Below are positions 42,014-51,117 of a DNA stretch of 64,000 nt, piece after piece (within the stretch, counting starts at the first letter, position 1; each line of letters begins with the position of its first letter). The position numbers and the translations under genes are program-made. The notes under the pieces are model-generated. The model was not told where the DNA came from and did not search any database. It saw only the letters and a program-made list of their open reading frames with translations. The DNA is from a virus (taxonomy: Duplodnaviria; Caudoviricetes), in the IMG/VR virus record IMGVR_UViG_3300035498_000530, positions 158,732 to 222,731 of that record; one strand, given 5' to 3'.

Positions 42014-42137
42014 AAAAAAATAAACCCGTATACCCTTGAGCATGGGTATACGGAATTTATGTTTATTAACCTAACTAGTGCATACCGGATTCGATTTTTA
42101 TTTTTTGTCGCCAGGTAATAAACTATTTTGTTACATT
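42014..42137 (-). ncRNA. Candidate early small RNA (~120 nt)
   Basis: Early motif ACATATTAT (42141-42149). Own terminator CCGTATACCC/GGGTATACGG plus TTTATTTTTTT. Isolated from sbcC by a further terminator at 42166-42211. No RBS-led ORF. Confidence 0.45.
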
Positions 42138-42165
42138 GATATAATATGTAGTTATATACAATATT

Positions 42166-42211
42166 AAAAAATAAAAAATAAAGACCCATGGACTCTGAAT
42201 AGTCCATGGGT
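42166..42211 (-). terminator. Terminator of the sbcC operon
   Basis: Stem ACCCATGGACT/AGTCCATGGGT followed by T-tracts on the minus strand. Confidence 0.75.
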
Positions 42212-42220
42212 TCTTTGTGT

Positions 42221-44890
42221 TTAATAATGATAAATGACGTTACCATTTATCTCCTTCTTGCCATTATTCCTGAGTACTATAACATCCACATCGGAATTCA
42301 TGATTTCATTGTTATGAGATATGATTATGGCTTGATTAATACTCAATTTGTTCAATAGTTCGTGCAAGAAGTTAACGAACATAGTTCTATTGAAATTATC
42401 AAGGCCTGCGTCTATCTCATCTAGTCGTGGGATATTAAGCTTCGTTGAACTCTGGTATAATAAGCTAAATTGAATAACAGTACTAACCATACATATCTGT
42501 GAATTACTCATACTAGTAATATCATCAGTCTTGAGTCCTGCCACCGAGCATGGAATTTTGAACTCTTTCTCATTAATTACGAATGGGAGAATCTCGATTT
42601 CTCCTCCAAACATAAGACCAAGAAGATCATTAGCTATACTAAGAATCTTATTCATATAAAGATTAAGGAATATAAGCTGAATACCACTATTCGGAGAACT
42701 ATAATATTTTATAGCTTCTATCTTGTCATACTTAGCTCTATATTCTGCTAACTCATTTGTATAATCGGTTATAAGACTTAATGAATGTATATACTTATCT
42801 CTTTCATCTAACATAGGCCCTAACTCTGCATCTAATCTCTTTAATGCTAAATCATTAGACTCTATAGATGAAATAAGATTATTAATAGTAATCATATCCT
42901 TTTCAATCTGATCATACTTCTTCTTAATTTCTTCCTTATAAGACTTTATTTCTTCAAGCCTTAATAAGGATTTCTGTACATTCTCGAATGCCAATATATG
43001 TTCATCTAATTCGAGTTTGCTATTCTTATGCTTGGAAATTTCAGTTTGATGAACTTCCATAGTATTCTTTAAACTGTTTATATTACTATTGATAGTTTCT
43101 ATATCGCTAGTAATCTCATCTATTATTTGTTTCTTATATTCATAACTCTTCAATTCGTTCTCAATCGTAACTAGTCTAGCTTTAGCTTCTCTGTTCAAAT
43201 CTAATACATTGGCTATATCTAGATAAGAATATAAAAGTTCTATCTCTCTAAAGTCTATACCATTGAAAAGTTTCCTAAATAACAGATCTATATCAGTAAA
43301 AATTTCTCCACCTGGGAGTTTAACAAGTATATTGCTTATTGGTTCGATACTACTTATAATAGCATCTATATAAAACTTACATTTTTCTATTACCTTTAAG
43401 TTATTATACATGTTAAGATTTACATCTATGGATTTCTCAAGTTCTTCTTTACTAGATATAAGCTCATTATATCTTTCTTCGATATTAGACGAAGATATCT
43501 CCACTGCTTTTGATATAAATGGGCAACTATCTATAGTACATCCAGAAGGTCTTTTATCAAGTATTGATAATATAGATAATTGCGCTTCTGCTGTATTGAT
43601 ATCACTATTTATACTATCAAGTGAACTCTGTAATTCTTTAACCTTCTTTTCATATGCACCAGGGTCTTCATAAGTACCACTTAATACTATCTGAGTTGTA
43701 TCATAATCAAAGTTATCCTTCAATGAGTTTATTGATTCTTTAATACCCATCAAAGACTTAACTCCTGCTACCAACTCAGAACTAGTTATAGTAGTATCTA
43801 TACTAAGACCCATATTAGATATCATACCATTATATTTAGTAATATCATTCTTGAGTTTATTATTCTCCTCTAAAATAGAAGAATAATGTTCATCAGACTT
43901 TAAGTTATTCAGCTTAGTCTGCTTATCTATTATAGCTTGAGATTCTTTCTCCACTTGTTCAATCAGAGAGTTGTTCTTTTCGATCATAGTCTCTATTATT
44001 GTTTCTTCTCTAATTGATTCTTTTCTCATATCTTCAAGCATAGAGTTAACTTTATCAAGACTCATATTCTCCATTATAGGAGCCTTAATTGTAGTTTCTT
44101 CTAATATAAATGAATTAAGCTTTTCATCATATTCCTTTGCTTTAGATTGAATGGATTTATCTGGATCGATCATATCTATTCTTGCTCTTGCATCAGATAT
44201 AGCTTGCATTATATTATCTCTTTCTCCACTAATAGAGTTTATTCTATTATTAAGAGATACTAATGCTCCATTAATCATCTCTGGATCTCCTAAGTTTCCT
44301 AACTTAGAAGTTATATTATTAATCATAGATTTAAATATAGATGATCGTTTGCTTAAAGTTTTATGAATATTGTTATAAACCTCAAGATTACTCAATATAT
44401 AATTTATATATTGCTTTCTCTCTGCCGGTTTCTTAGTTGCAAGTCCACGATTCTCACAACCAATTTCGGACAAAGAAACAAAGTTAGAATCTAGTCCTAA
44501 CTCTGTATATAGTATATCTTTACAACTAGAAATATTCCCGTTAGGATTCAGTTCAACAACCTCTCCACAAATTGTTTTCCTGATAAATCCTTTGGTATTC
44601 TCTCTTTTTCCATTAGACCCGATTTGATGAACATATTCTATTTCGTACATAGTTCCATCACTATCTATATATCCTATAATCTTTCTAGCACTTTTGTTTG
44701 GCATAAAGTTTATACTATTATCAGGTAAAGGATTAAGAGCACGAATCAACGTGCTCTTTCCGCTACCATTATCTCCTATGATCATTATAAGATCATGGTT
44801 ACATTTAGTGAAATCTATATCGATTTCTGCAAGATTCATACCACTATATATACCTATATAGTTTTCCAATCTTAATCTTGTTAATCTCAT
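42221..44890 (-). CDS. sbcC: SbcC/Rad50-like SMC ATPase (T4 gp46-like)
   Basis: GDNGSGKST (Walker A), long coiled coils around a central CTIDSCPF hook, SMSNSQ signature, LDEIDAGLD, ISH. Confidence 0.9.
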   Translation of the reverse strand: MRLTRLRLENYIGIYSGMNLAEIDIDFTKCNHDLIMIIGDNGSGKSTLIRALNPLPDNSINFMPNKSARKIIGYIDSDGTMYEIEYVHQIGSNGKRENTKGFIRKTICGEVVELNPNGNISSCKDILYTELGLDSNFVSLSEIGCENRGLATKKPAERKQYINYILSNLEVYNNIHKTLSKRSSIFKSMINNITSKLGNLGDPEMINGALVSLNNRINSISGERDNIMQAISDARARIDMIDPDKSIQSKAKEYDEKLNSFILEETTIKAPIMENMSLDKVNSMLEDMRKESIREETIIETMIEKNNSLIEQVEKESQAIIDKQTKLNNLKSDEHYSSILEENNKLKNDITKYNGMISNMGLSIDTTITSSELVAGVKSLMGIKESINSLKDNFDYDTTQIVLSGTYEDPGAYEKKVKELQSSLDSINSDINTAEAQLSILSILDKRPSGCTIDSCPFISKAVEISSSNIEERYNELISSKEELEKSIDVNLNMYNNLKVIEKCKFYIDAIISSIEPISNILVKLPGGEIFTDIDLLFRKLFNGIDFREIELLYSYLDIANVLDLNREAKARLVTIENELKSYEYKKQIIDEITSDIETINSNINSLKNTMEVHQTEISKHKNSKLELDEHILAFENVQKSLLRLEEIKSYKEEIKKKYDQIEKDMITINNLISSIESNDLALKRLDAELGPMLDERDKYIHSLSLITDYTNELAEYRAKYDKIEAIKYYSSPNSGIQLIFLNLYMNKILSIANDLLGLMFGGEIEILPFVINEKEFKIPCSVAGLKTDDITSMSNSQICMVSTVIQFSLLYQSSTKLNIPRLDEIDAGLDNFNRTMFVNFLHELLNKLSINQAIIISHNNEIMNSDVDVIVLRNNGKKEINGNVIYHY

Positions 44891-45171
44891 TTTGATTTCC
44901 CCCTAAACTTAGAATGTATAATATCTGTATCAAACAGTGGTTTTGGTAATCCGTCTGTCCAATTGATTAAATACGTTCTATTACATTTTGTACACTTTAT
45001 ATATGATAATGGGTACTTCTCTTGATTTAGAAATTCTAAAACCTGAGAAGTGCTAAAATTTCTAACCATAGCTGGATAGCCTATTGGTTTATTATACATA
45101 TTATATATTTCCATTGTATCTGTCCCACAGTCAGGGCAGTATGTTCTTTTTAAGAATACAATAGGATTCAT
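44887..45171 (-). CDS. Small zinc-ribbon protein
   Basis: CPDC...CTKC. GAGGTG RBS favours MNPIVF as the start. Late-type motif at 45183-45194. Confidence 0.7.
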   Translation of the reverse strand: MNPIVFLKRTYCPDCGTDTMEIYNMYNKPIGYPAMVRNFSTSQVLEFLNQEKYPLSYIKCTKCNRTYLINWTDGLPKPLFDTDIIHSKFRGKSK

Positions 45172-45207
45172 TTCCATCACCTCAATATAAAGTTAGTAGA
45201 ATAGTAA

Positions 45208-45453
45208 TTACTTCTCTTTTGTATACTTGATGTCTTTAATATACCCTTTAGTAACTACAACTGTATCTACATATCTACTGCCATTTGGGTCTTTAACAAT
45301 ATCTGTATACTGTTTAGCCACACCATTGACAATAACCTGACCAAGAGAGAGGTTTTTACCTCTCTTTTTAGCCAGTTCTCTTTTCATATCCATCTGTTCT
45401 TTAGAGAATACGAAATATACATATTCGTTAGACTGTAGTGCCATTATCATCAC
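45208..45453 (-). CDS. Hypothetical small protein
   Basis: ~80-aa ORF overlapping the RNAP beta-N gene end; AGGAGGTG RBS. Confidence 0.65.
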   Translation of the reverse strand: MMIMALQSNEYVYFVFSKEQMDMKRELAKKRGKNLSLGQVIVNGVAKQYTDIVKDPNGSRYVDTVVVTKGYIKDIKYTKEK

Positions 45454-47218
45454 CTCCTAAATCTAATGTGATTAAGCCATCATCAGTCATATCAATTGAA
45501 TTCTTTTCTGCAGTCTGATCGATAACTATTATAGGTTTTATCAACTGCTTCATAGACTGAATAGAATCATTTATTATACACTTAGATTCATCTCCAATTC
45601 CTAAAACAGCTTCTTTAAACTCTATAGCCTGTTTAACACCGATCATCTTTCTATAGTCTTCAACCATATTTGAAAAACTCTCATCCCATGTATGAGGTTC
45701 TTCAAATTCTGAAAAAGATCCATCATAGATATCTCCTGTTGGACACAATATTCCAGTAACACCAGGATCAGTATTAGAACTTGAATCAAGATCTAATCTT
45801 CCTAAATGCTCTGGATATACATATCTATATGACTTTGGTATAGTATTACCTTTCTTCTCTCCAATACCAGCAATACCTTTATAACTAAATTTCAACCCAG
45901 CATCATATACATCAAGATCGTTTACCATATTACGATAATTAACTAGTGTACATTTGGTTGATAATTGAGTTAATAGATAGTTTGGTTTAGTCACTATAGC
46001 TCTCTTGATATCCATTATATCTGCTCTTTTACCCAAATCTGATATTCTATATATACCCTTAGCAAGTTTCATAGCATATAAAGATGCTATATAATCTGCT
46101 TTACGTATTCTCTTTGTAGAAATATCAAGATTATCTTTCTGTCTAAGAGCATCAAACTCTGTCATTACCCATTTAATGATATGATAAGTATCACACTTCA
46201 TTTCCTCAGGTAAATGAATAGTTTCTTTTGTTATCTGATCATATATGAATTCAAATGAATCCAATATATTCAGACCTTTCTCATAAGAATTATTACTAAA
46301 CTCTGAACCTAAAGTATCTATCCAATATGCAGTTGTAAACATATTATCTATTTTGCTATTCTTGTTTATAGACAATATTGTATTATATACAAAAGACTGC
46401 ACTATTGTAGACCTTTCAAATATGAACTTGGCTACACTTACATAGATATCATTCTTCATAAATGTAAAGAAGTTATCATCATTAGGATCATAGTCAGTTA
46501 TACGAACTACATGAGATGGTATATGGAATAACTCTAAAGTTCCATACCATCCATACTTAGCAAGAAAATACTTAAATATAGATATAGTCTTACTAAACAT
46601 ACCACCTTTATAATAATATATAGAAATCTGTTCTTTCTTTGTAGTCTTGACAGATTCAATAGTTCTATAGATTCTTATAGCCATAAACATCGTCTTCAAT
46701 GTAACGCTCTGAACCTTAGAATTGCTATTACTATTATTATAAGTAGAAGCATCAACGATTTGATACATAGCACTATATTCATTACCAGATATCTTAAAGT
46801 AATACTTATTTATAATTCTTGGTACTGATATATAAACTCTAATCTCTTCTTCTTTCTCTTTGATGCCAATATGATAATCAACCACAAGAAGTTTTATATC
46901 AGAATCTTTAAGATTTATATAATCATAAACTGATGTAATCTTCTTTATTGGTTTTCCATCTTTACCTTTTTTAACTTGAGATTCATCATAAGCTTTAAGA
47001 GTATCTCTAATCTCTTTATAATCTTCTATTACAGTGAAATTAGTAACCTTAATTACGAATGAACCATTTCTTTGACAAGATAATATAACTTTCTTCAAAG
47101 CTTCAATTATATCTTCATCTTTAAAATTAAACAGGGATTCATTAAACTTATCAAAATGCTCATCCCCGAACATAGATACAAGATCACTCTGTGTCATTAT
47201 CTTCAGCCCCTTCTCCAT
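45428..47218 (-). CDS. Non-virion RNA polymerase beta subunit, N-terminal part
   Basis: YFKISGNEYSAMYQI (cf. RpoB FIINGTERVIVSQL) and RYVYPEHLGRLDLDSSSNTDPGV (cf. RDVHPTHYGRVCPIETPEG). The true start may be MTQSD. Confidence 0.85.
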   Translation of the reverse strand: MEKGLKIMTQSDLVSMFGDEHFDKFNESLFNFKDEDIIEALKKVILSCQRNGSFVIKVTNFTVIEDYKEIRDTLKAYDESQVKKGKDGKPIKKITSVYDYINLKDSDIKLLVVDYHIGIKEKEEEIRVYISVPRIINKYYFKISGNEYSAMYQIVDASTYNNSNSNSKVQSVTLKTMFMAIRIYRTIESVKTTKKEQISIYYYKGGMFSKTISIFKYFLAKYGWYGTLELFHIPSHVVRITDYDPNDDNFFTFMKNDIYVSVAKFIFERSTIVQSFVYNTILSINKNSKIDNMFTTAYWIDTLGSEFSNNSYEKGLNILDSFEFIYDQITKETIHLPEEMKCDTYHIIKWVMTEFDALRQKDNLDISTKRIRKADYIASLYAMKLAKGIYRISDLGKRADIMDIKRAIVTKPNYLLTQLSTKCTLVNYRNMVNDLDVYDAGLKFSYKGIAGIGEKKGNTIPKSYRYVYPEHLGRLDLDSSSNTDPGVTGILCPTGDIYDGSFSEFEEPHTWDESFSNMVEDYRKMIGVKQAIEFKEAVLGIGDESKCIINDSIQSMKQLIKPIIVIDQTAEKNSIDMTDDGLITLDLGGDDNGTTV

Positions 47219-47828
47219 CTGTCAGTATAATTTTTATTTCCTTTCCTATGGGATTTGGAACATCTGGTCCTTTATCCCTAAACACTAATTCAGCCTCTAT
47301 ATCTAATGCTTTACACATTGTTTTGATCTTACTCAGTGTTATATTTGGTCTCTGCAATATACGTTTATCGTTAGTAAAGTTAGGACCAAATCGTCCTTCG
47401 TACTTATCTAAATCGATATTCTTATTACATATTGCCTCTTTCATTAACCTCATCTCTGGTGCATCTGTATCCTTTATTATAGGAGTATAGATATGATCAG
47501 GTGAAGTTAATATACTTCTTTCTTGTCTTGATAACTCATTCTGTCTATCTATTATATCCTTCATTGTAGATATATTATCGAAATCTATAACATCTTTATC
47601 AGAATAATTATGAGCATCATTTTCTGATGGGTCATTATAAATTAATAATGCATCCCCATCAATTCTAAACCCAGGTCTCGGATCTGTCTGGGTTCTCATT
47701 GGATATAATAATCCATCCTTTTGAATTGCAACATCATCATCTATAGAAAACTTACTTCTGTTTTCTATATATTCATCCTCACTCATAACACTAAATATCT
47801 TGTTATGAATAACTCCTTTATTATACAT
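47184..47828 (-). CDS. Hypothetical protein with a C-terminal HTH-like region
   Basis: NITLSKIKTMCKALDIE resembles a Cro/XRE C-terminal helix pair. Confidence 0.55.
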   Translation of the reverse strand: MYNKGVIHNKIFSVMSEDEYIENRSKFSIDDDVAIQKDGLLYPMRTQTDPRPGFRIDGDALLIYNDPSENDAHNYSDKDVIDFDNISTMKDIIDRQNELSRQERSILTSPDHIYTPIIKDTDAPEMRLMKEAICNKNIDLDKYEGRFGPNFTNDKRILQRPNITLSKIKTMCKALDIEAELVFRDKGPDVPNPIGKEIKIILTDGEGAEDNDTE

Positions 47829-47901
47829 GTCTTATTATCCTCCTTCTCCAAATCTAAAAAATAAATAGCTCGTGCATAAAACTGCACGAGCCTTGTATTT
47901 A

Positions 47902-48618
47902 TTAGAGTGAAACTATAGGTGTAATGAGTCCATTACTATTTCTTCTAGCATCGAAATCAATTGGAAGCAATGTCAATCTCATTGCTGCCTTCTCACCCAT
48001 ACTGATTGTAGAAGCATTACTTACACTAATAGGTTCTGACTTAGCAATAACCTTCTTAATATTTGCACCTGGAGTGATTGCGAAAATCTTATCATCACCT
48101 TCTACAGCCACAGAAGCTGTGAAAAGATCATCCTCAATACTCATTTCCTCTTCTTCATTAGCATTCTTATCAAGCCAATTATTAAGAGTCTTTCCAAATG
48201 ACTGACTCAAGCTTACAAGAGCAATTGAGTCAAGATATCTGAAATGATTTCTCTTTGCAGCTGCTTCAGCAATTGCAAATTGAAGCTGTGAATCATACTG
48301 ACTCATTACTGATGTATCTTCAGTAATATCATCTTTATTAACAGACATTGACACAAGCCAGTTATTAACTTCTTCATCTTCTGAGTCTTGATTATATTCT
48401 ACAATCATACTCAACAAAATTTCATTTTCTGAATTTTTAAGTACGGCAGCTACTTTCTTATTCTTGTCCTTCTCTGATGATAAGAGTTTAGCCATACCAT
48501 AAATAATGGAATCGAATACCTTATAAGCTGATGTTGCTGATAATTCATATGTGTCATCTAATATAAGTGACAAATAATCATCCATAAATTTTGAATCTTG
48601 TAATTTAACTTTTGACAT
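47902..48618 (-). CDS. Hypothetical early protein
   Basis: Strong RBS; ATATATTAT at 48687-48695. Confidence 0.7.
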   Translation of the reverse strand: MSKVKLQDSKFMDDYLSLILDDTYELSATSAYKVFDSIIYGMAKLLSSEKDKNKKVAAVLKNSENEILLSMIVEYNQDSEDEEVNNWLVSMSVNKDDITEDTSVMSQYDSQLQFAIAEAAAKRNHFRYLDSIALVSLSQSFGKTLNNWLDKNANEEEEMSIEDDLFTASVAVEGDDKIFAITPGANIKKVIAKSEPISVSNASTISMGEKAAMRLTLLPIDFDARRNSNGLITPIVSL

Positions 48619-48768
48619 TTTTTGTTCCTCCTTAAATTAAAAAAAGTATAGTATTACAATTGATCAAGAAAATCTCGATCAGAGTAATAATATATATTTA
48701 TTAAAAAGTTTTAGACTGTGTAATTTTTTACACAAACAAATGAGTTGATGTAATTCAACCCATTTGTG

Positions 48769-51087
48769 TCACTTTAGATACTTATTTGGATTCTCAACAA
48801 AGTCATTATATTTAACTATAGTAGTTCCATAACTAATAGCCTTTGTTAATTTTGAACTTGTATATCCAGGAATATTTGGAATAATCAATATGTCTGTTTT
48901 CTTAGTGACAGCACTATCATTTGCATCGTGTCCGTCTCTATTAAGTTTATCACATAATATTTGATCCCTTATTCCTGAGAAACGTATTACCTTTCCAGTT
49001 GGTTCTGTAGAGCCAGTTGTCTTAATAACATTTGGCATATCCTGTATAAGAATTATATCCTGGAAGAATAACTCACGTTCATTAATAATAGTAGATGCTA
49101 TAGTTGGTCCAATACCATTTATAGCTACTAACTTATTATACAAATCTACATCCATTAGTAAAACTAATTCTTCTATTGATATTACTTTAAGAATCAGTTT
49201 CCAAGTTTCTATAGATATATTAGTGAATCCTAAAGATCCAATAATTCTATAGTCGAAGATTGGTTCGTTCTTTAAAGACTCTACCTGATCTATAAATTTC
49301 TGGGAAGTCAATTCTCCTAATATAGGAACAAGTTCGTCTTTCTTTATTTTAAACAATTCATTTAATGATGATTTGTTTATTCTTGTTAAGAATTCATCAC
49401 TAAATCCTTTGAAACCTAACTTCTTAACCATATTCACCATTCTAGATATCTTACGACCCGAACATCTTGCATTAGGACACATAATACTTTTCTTAGATGG
49501 TGACATTATTAATTCAGATCCACATTCGGGGCAATGTGTTATAAATTGCTCAGGTGGATTTGGATTATTTCTATTATGCTCATTGTCTGGCTTTGTGACA
49601 TATGGCATAACATCATTTACATACTCTACATCAATTATATCTCCTACTTTGAGTTGAAGACTATTGAATCTATTTAGAGAATGTCCAGAAGACTTTGTAT
49701 GGACTCCACCATAAAACTCTACTGAATTATAATTGATCATTGGAGTTATAATACCATTCTGACCAATTGTATAGGAATATCCTGTAAAGATAGTTTGCTT
49801 CTTCATTGTATTAAATTTGATAGCTATACTATACTTGTTTACAGAATTCTCTCTTCCTAAAGCCTTTATTAAATCATCATCAATATATGAGACAACAACT
49901 CCATCATACATAAATGGAATTATTGATCTCATATACTCAGCTTCTTGAACAAACTTATTAACTTGGAATAGTATTTCTATATAATTACCTTCGATAACTA
50001 CATATCTTAAATACTCCCCACTGTTATAATACTTATTCAAAAACTCAACCTCTGTTAATCTGTCTACATCTTCTATAGAAGTTGCCAGAGGTACCAAGGT
50101 TATATAATCTCTGAACTGTCTAGCATCACTAGAACCAAACAATCCAATTATCGTATTCCTTGGATTTTTATACTCTCTGGAACGCATTGAGGCTATCCTT
50201 TCCATATTCATATATGTTATAATAGCCTCAAACTTCATTCCAAATGGCTTAGAAGTATCCACAACTCCTCTAGCGTGTCTAAATTGATACCCCTCCAATA
50301 TAGGAGTGATATCACTAGCCACGTCAAGTTCTGTATCTCCTCTAGTCCTTGCGGAGATTACGTGATCTGTGACCTCAGCCTCGACTGATATCCCATCGTA
50401 CTTAAGTTCGCATATCATACGAAATCTTCTGTTTGGATCCAAAATACCCATCTGAATATGCTTCTGAATGAAGTCTCTTTCAAATATGCTAACTTTTGGA
50501 TCATCAAACACTCCACGTTCTATAGCTTGCGAATTAAGAACAAACTTGCATTTGTCCAAAGTCCCCACCAGCTTAGGATACATGTGTGCTGTATTCAAAG
50601 TCCTTTTGCTTATATAATAATCCTCAATTATTGGAGTTTTAAGATAACTATATTTATTAAACTCTGGGACTCTAAATAGCTGTTCATCATTCAAAAATAA
50701 TGACTCATCTATTTTTTCTTGCTCCAACTCCAGTATAGGATTTATCTTTCCCTCTACTGAAGTTTGGAGTGAATCACTAACTTGTGATTCAAATATTACA
50801 GGTATGGCTCCTACAGGATAGGAGCCTCTGTACTTAGAATATAATACAATGAGCAAATCATATATTCCATCTTCCAAGAATAAGATTTCTCTATCAGTAT
50901 TATTATATAAGATATTTGAAATATCCAATATATCTTTCAATGTATCTAGATCTGTTTCATCTAGAACTGGTTTGTTTAGAAGGTCTACCGCTACGGTATT
51001 TATTTCTTTAGCATTACTAAAGTTTATAGCTTCGACCTTCCCACATCGTAGATCATTAAGTATATCTTTAATAATCATAGTTCTCAC
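48769..51087 (-). CDS. ligA: NAD-dependent DNA ligase
   Basis: ELKYDGIS adenylation motif, TRGD, DGVVV, IAIKF, CPECG...CPN..C zinc finger, HhH motifs and BRCT. The start may be 51078. Confidence 0.93.
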   Translation of the reverse strand: MRTMIIKDILNDLRCGKVEAINFSNAKEINTVAVDLLNKPVLDETDLDTLKDILDISNILYNNTDREILFLEDGIYDLLIVLYSKYRGSYPVGAIPVIFESQVSDSLQTSVEGKINPILELEQEKIDESLFLNDEQLFRVPEFNKYSYLKTPIIEDYYISKRTLNTAHMYPKLVGTLDKCKFVLNSQAIERGVFDDPKVSIFERDFIQKHIQMGILDPNRRFRMICELKYDGISVEAEVTDHVISARTRGDTELDVASDITPILEGYQFRHARGVVDTSKPFGMKFEAIITYMNMERIASMRSREYKNPRNTIIGLFGSSDARQFRDYITLVPLATSIEDVDRLTEVEFLNKYYNSGEYLRYVVIEGNYIEILFQVNKFVQEAEYMRSIIPFMYDGVVVSYIDDDLIKALGRENSVNKYSIAIKFNTMKKQTIFTGYSYTIGQNGIITPMINYNSVEFYGGVHTKSSGHSLNRFNSLQLKVGDIIDVEYVNDVMPYVTKPDNEHNRNNPNPPEQFITHCPECGSELIMSPSKKSIMCPNARCSGRKISRMVNMVKKLGFKGFSDEFLTRINKSSLNELFKIKKDELVPILGELTSQKFIDQVESLKNEPIFDYRIIGSLGFTNISIETWKLILKVISIEELVLLMDVDLYNKLVAINGIGPTIASTIINERELFFQDIILIQDMPNVIKTTGSTEPTGKVIRFSGIRDQILCDKLNRDGHDANDSAVTKKTDILIIPNIPGYTSSKLTKAISYGTTIVKYNDFVENPNKYLK

Positions 51088-51117
51088 CTCTCTTATGATT
51101 ATAATATACTATTATAA

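Noticed and set aside
41959-42246. 95-aa ORF across the hairpin-rich intergenic region
   Set aside because: Runs through several terminators, overlaps the sbcC end and has no RBS.
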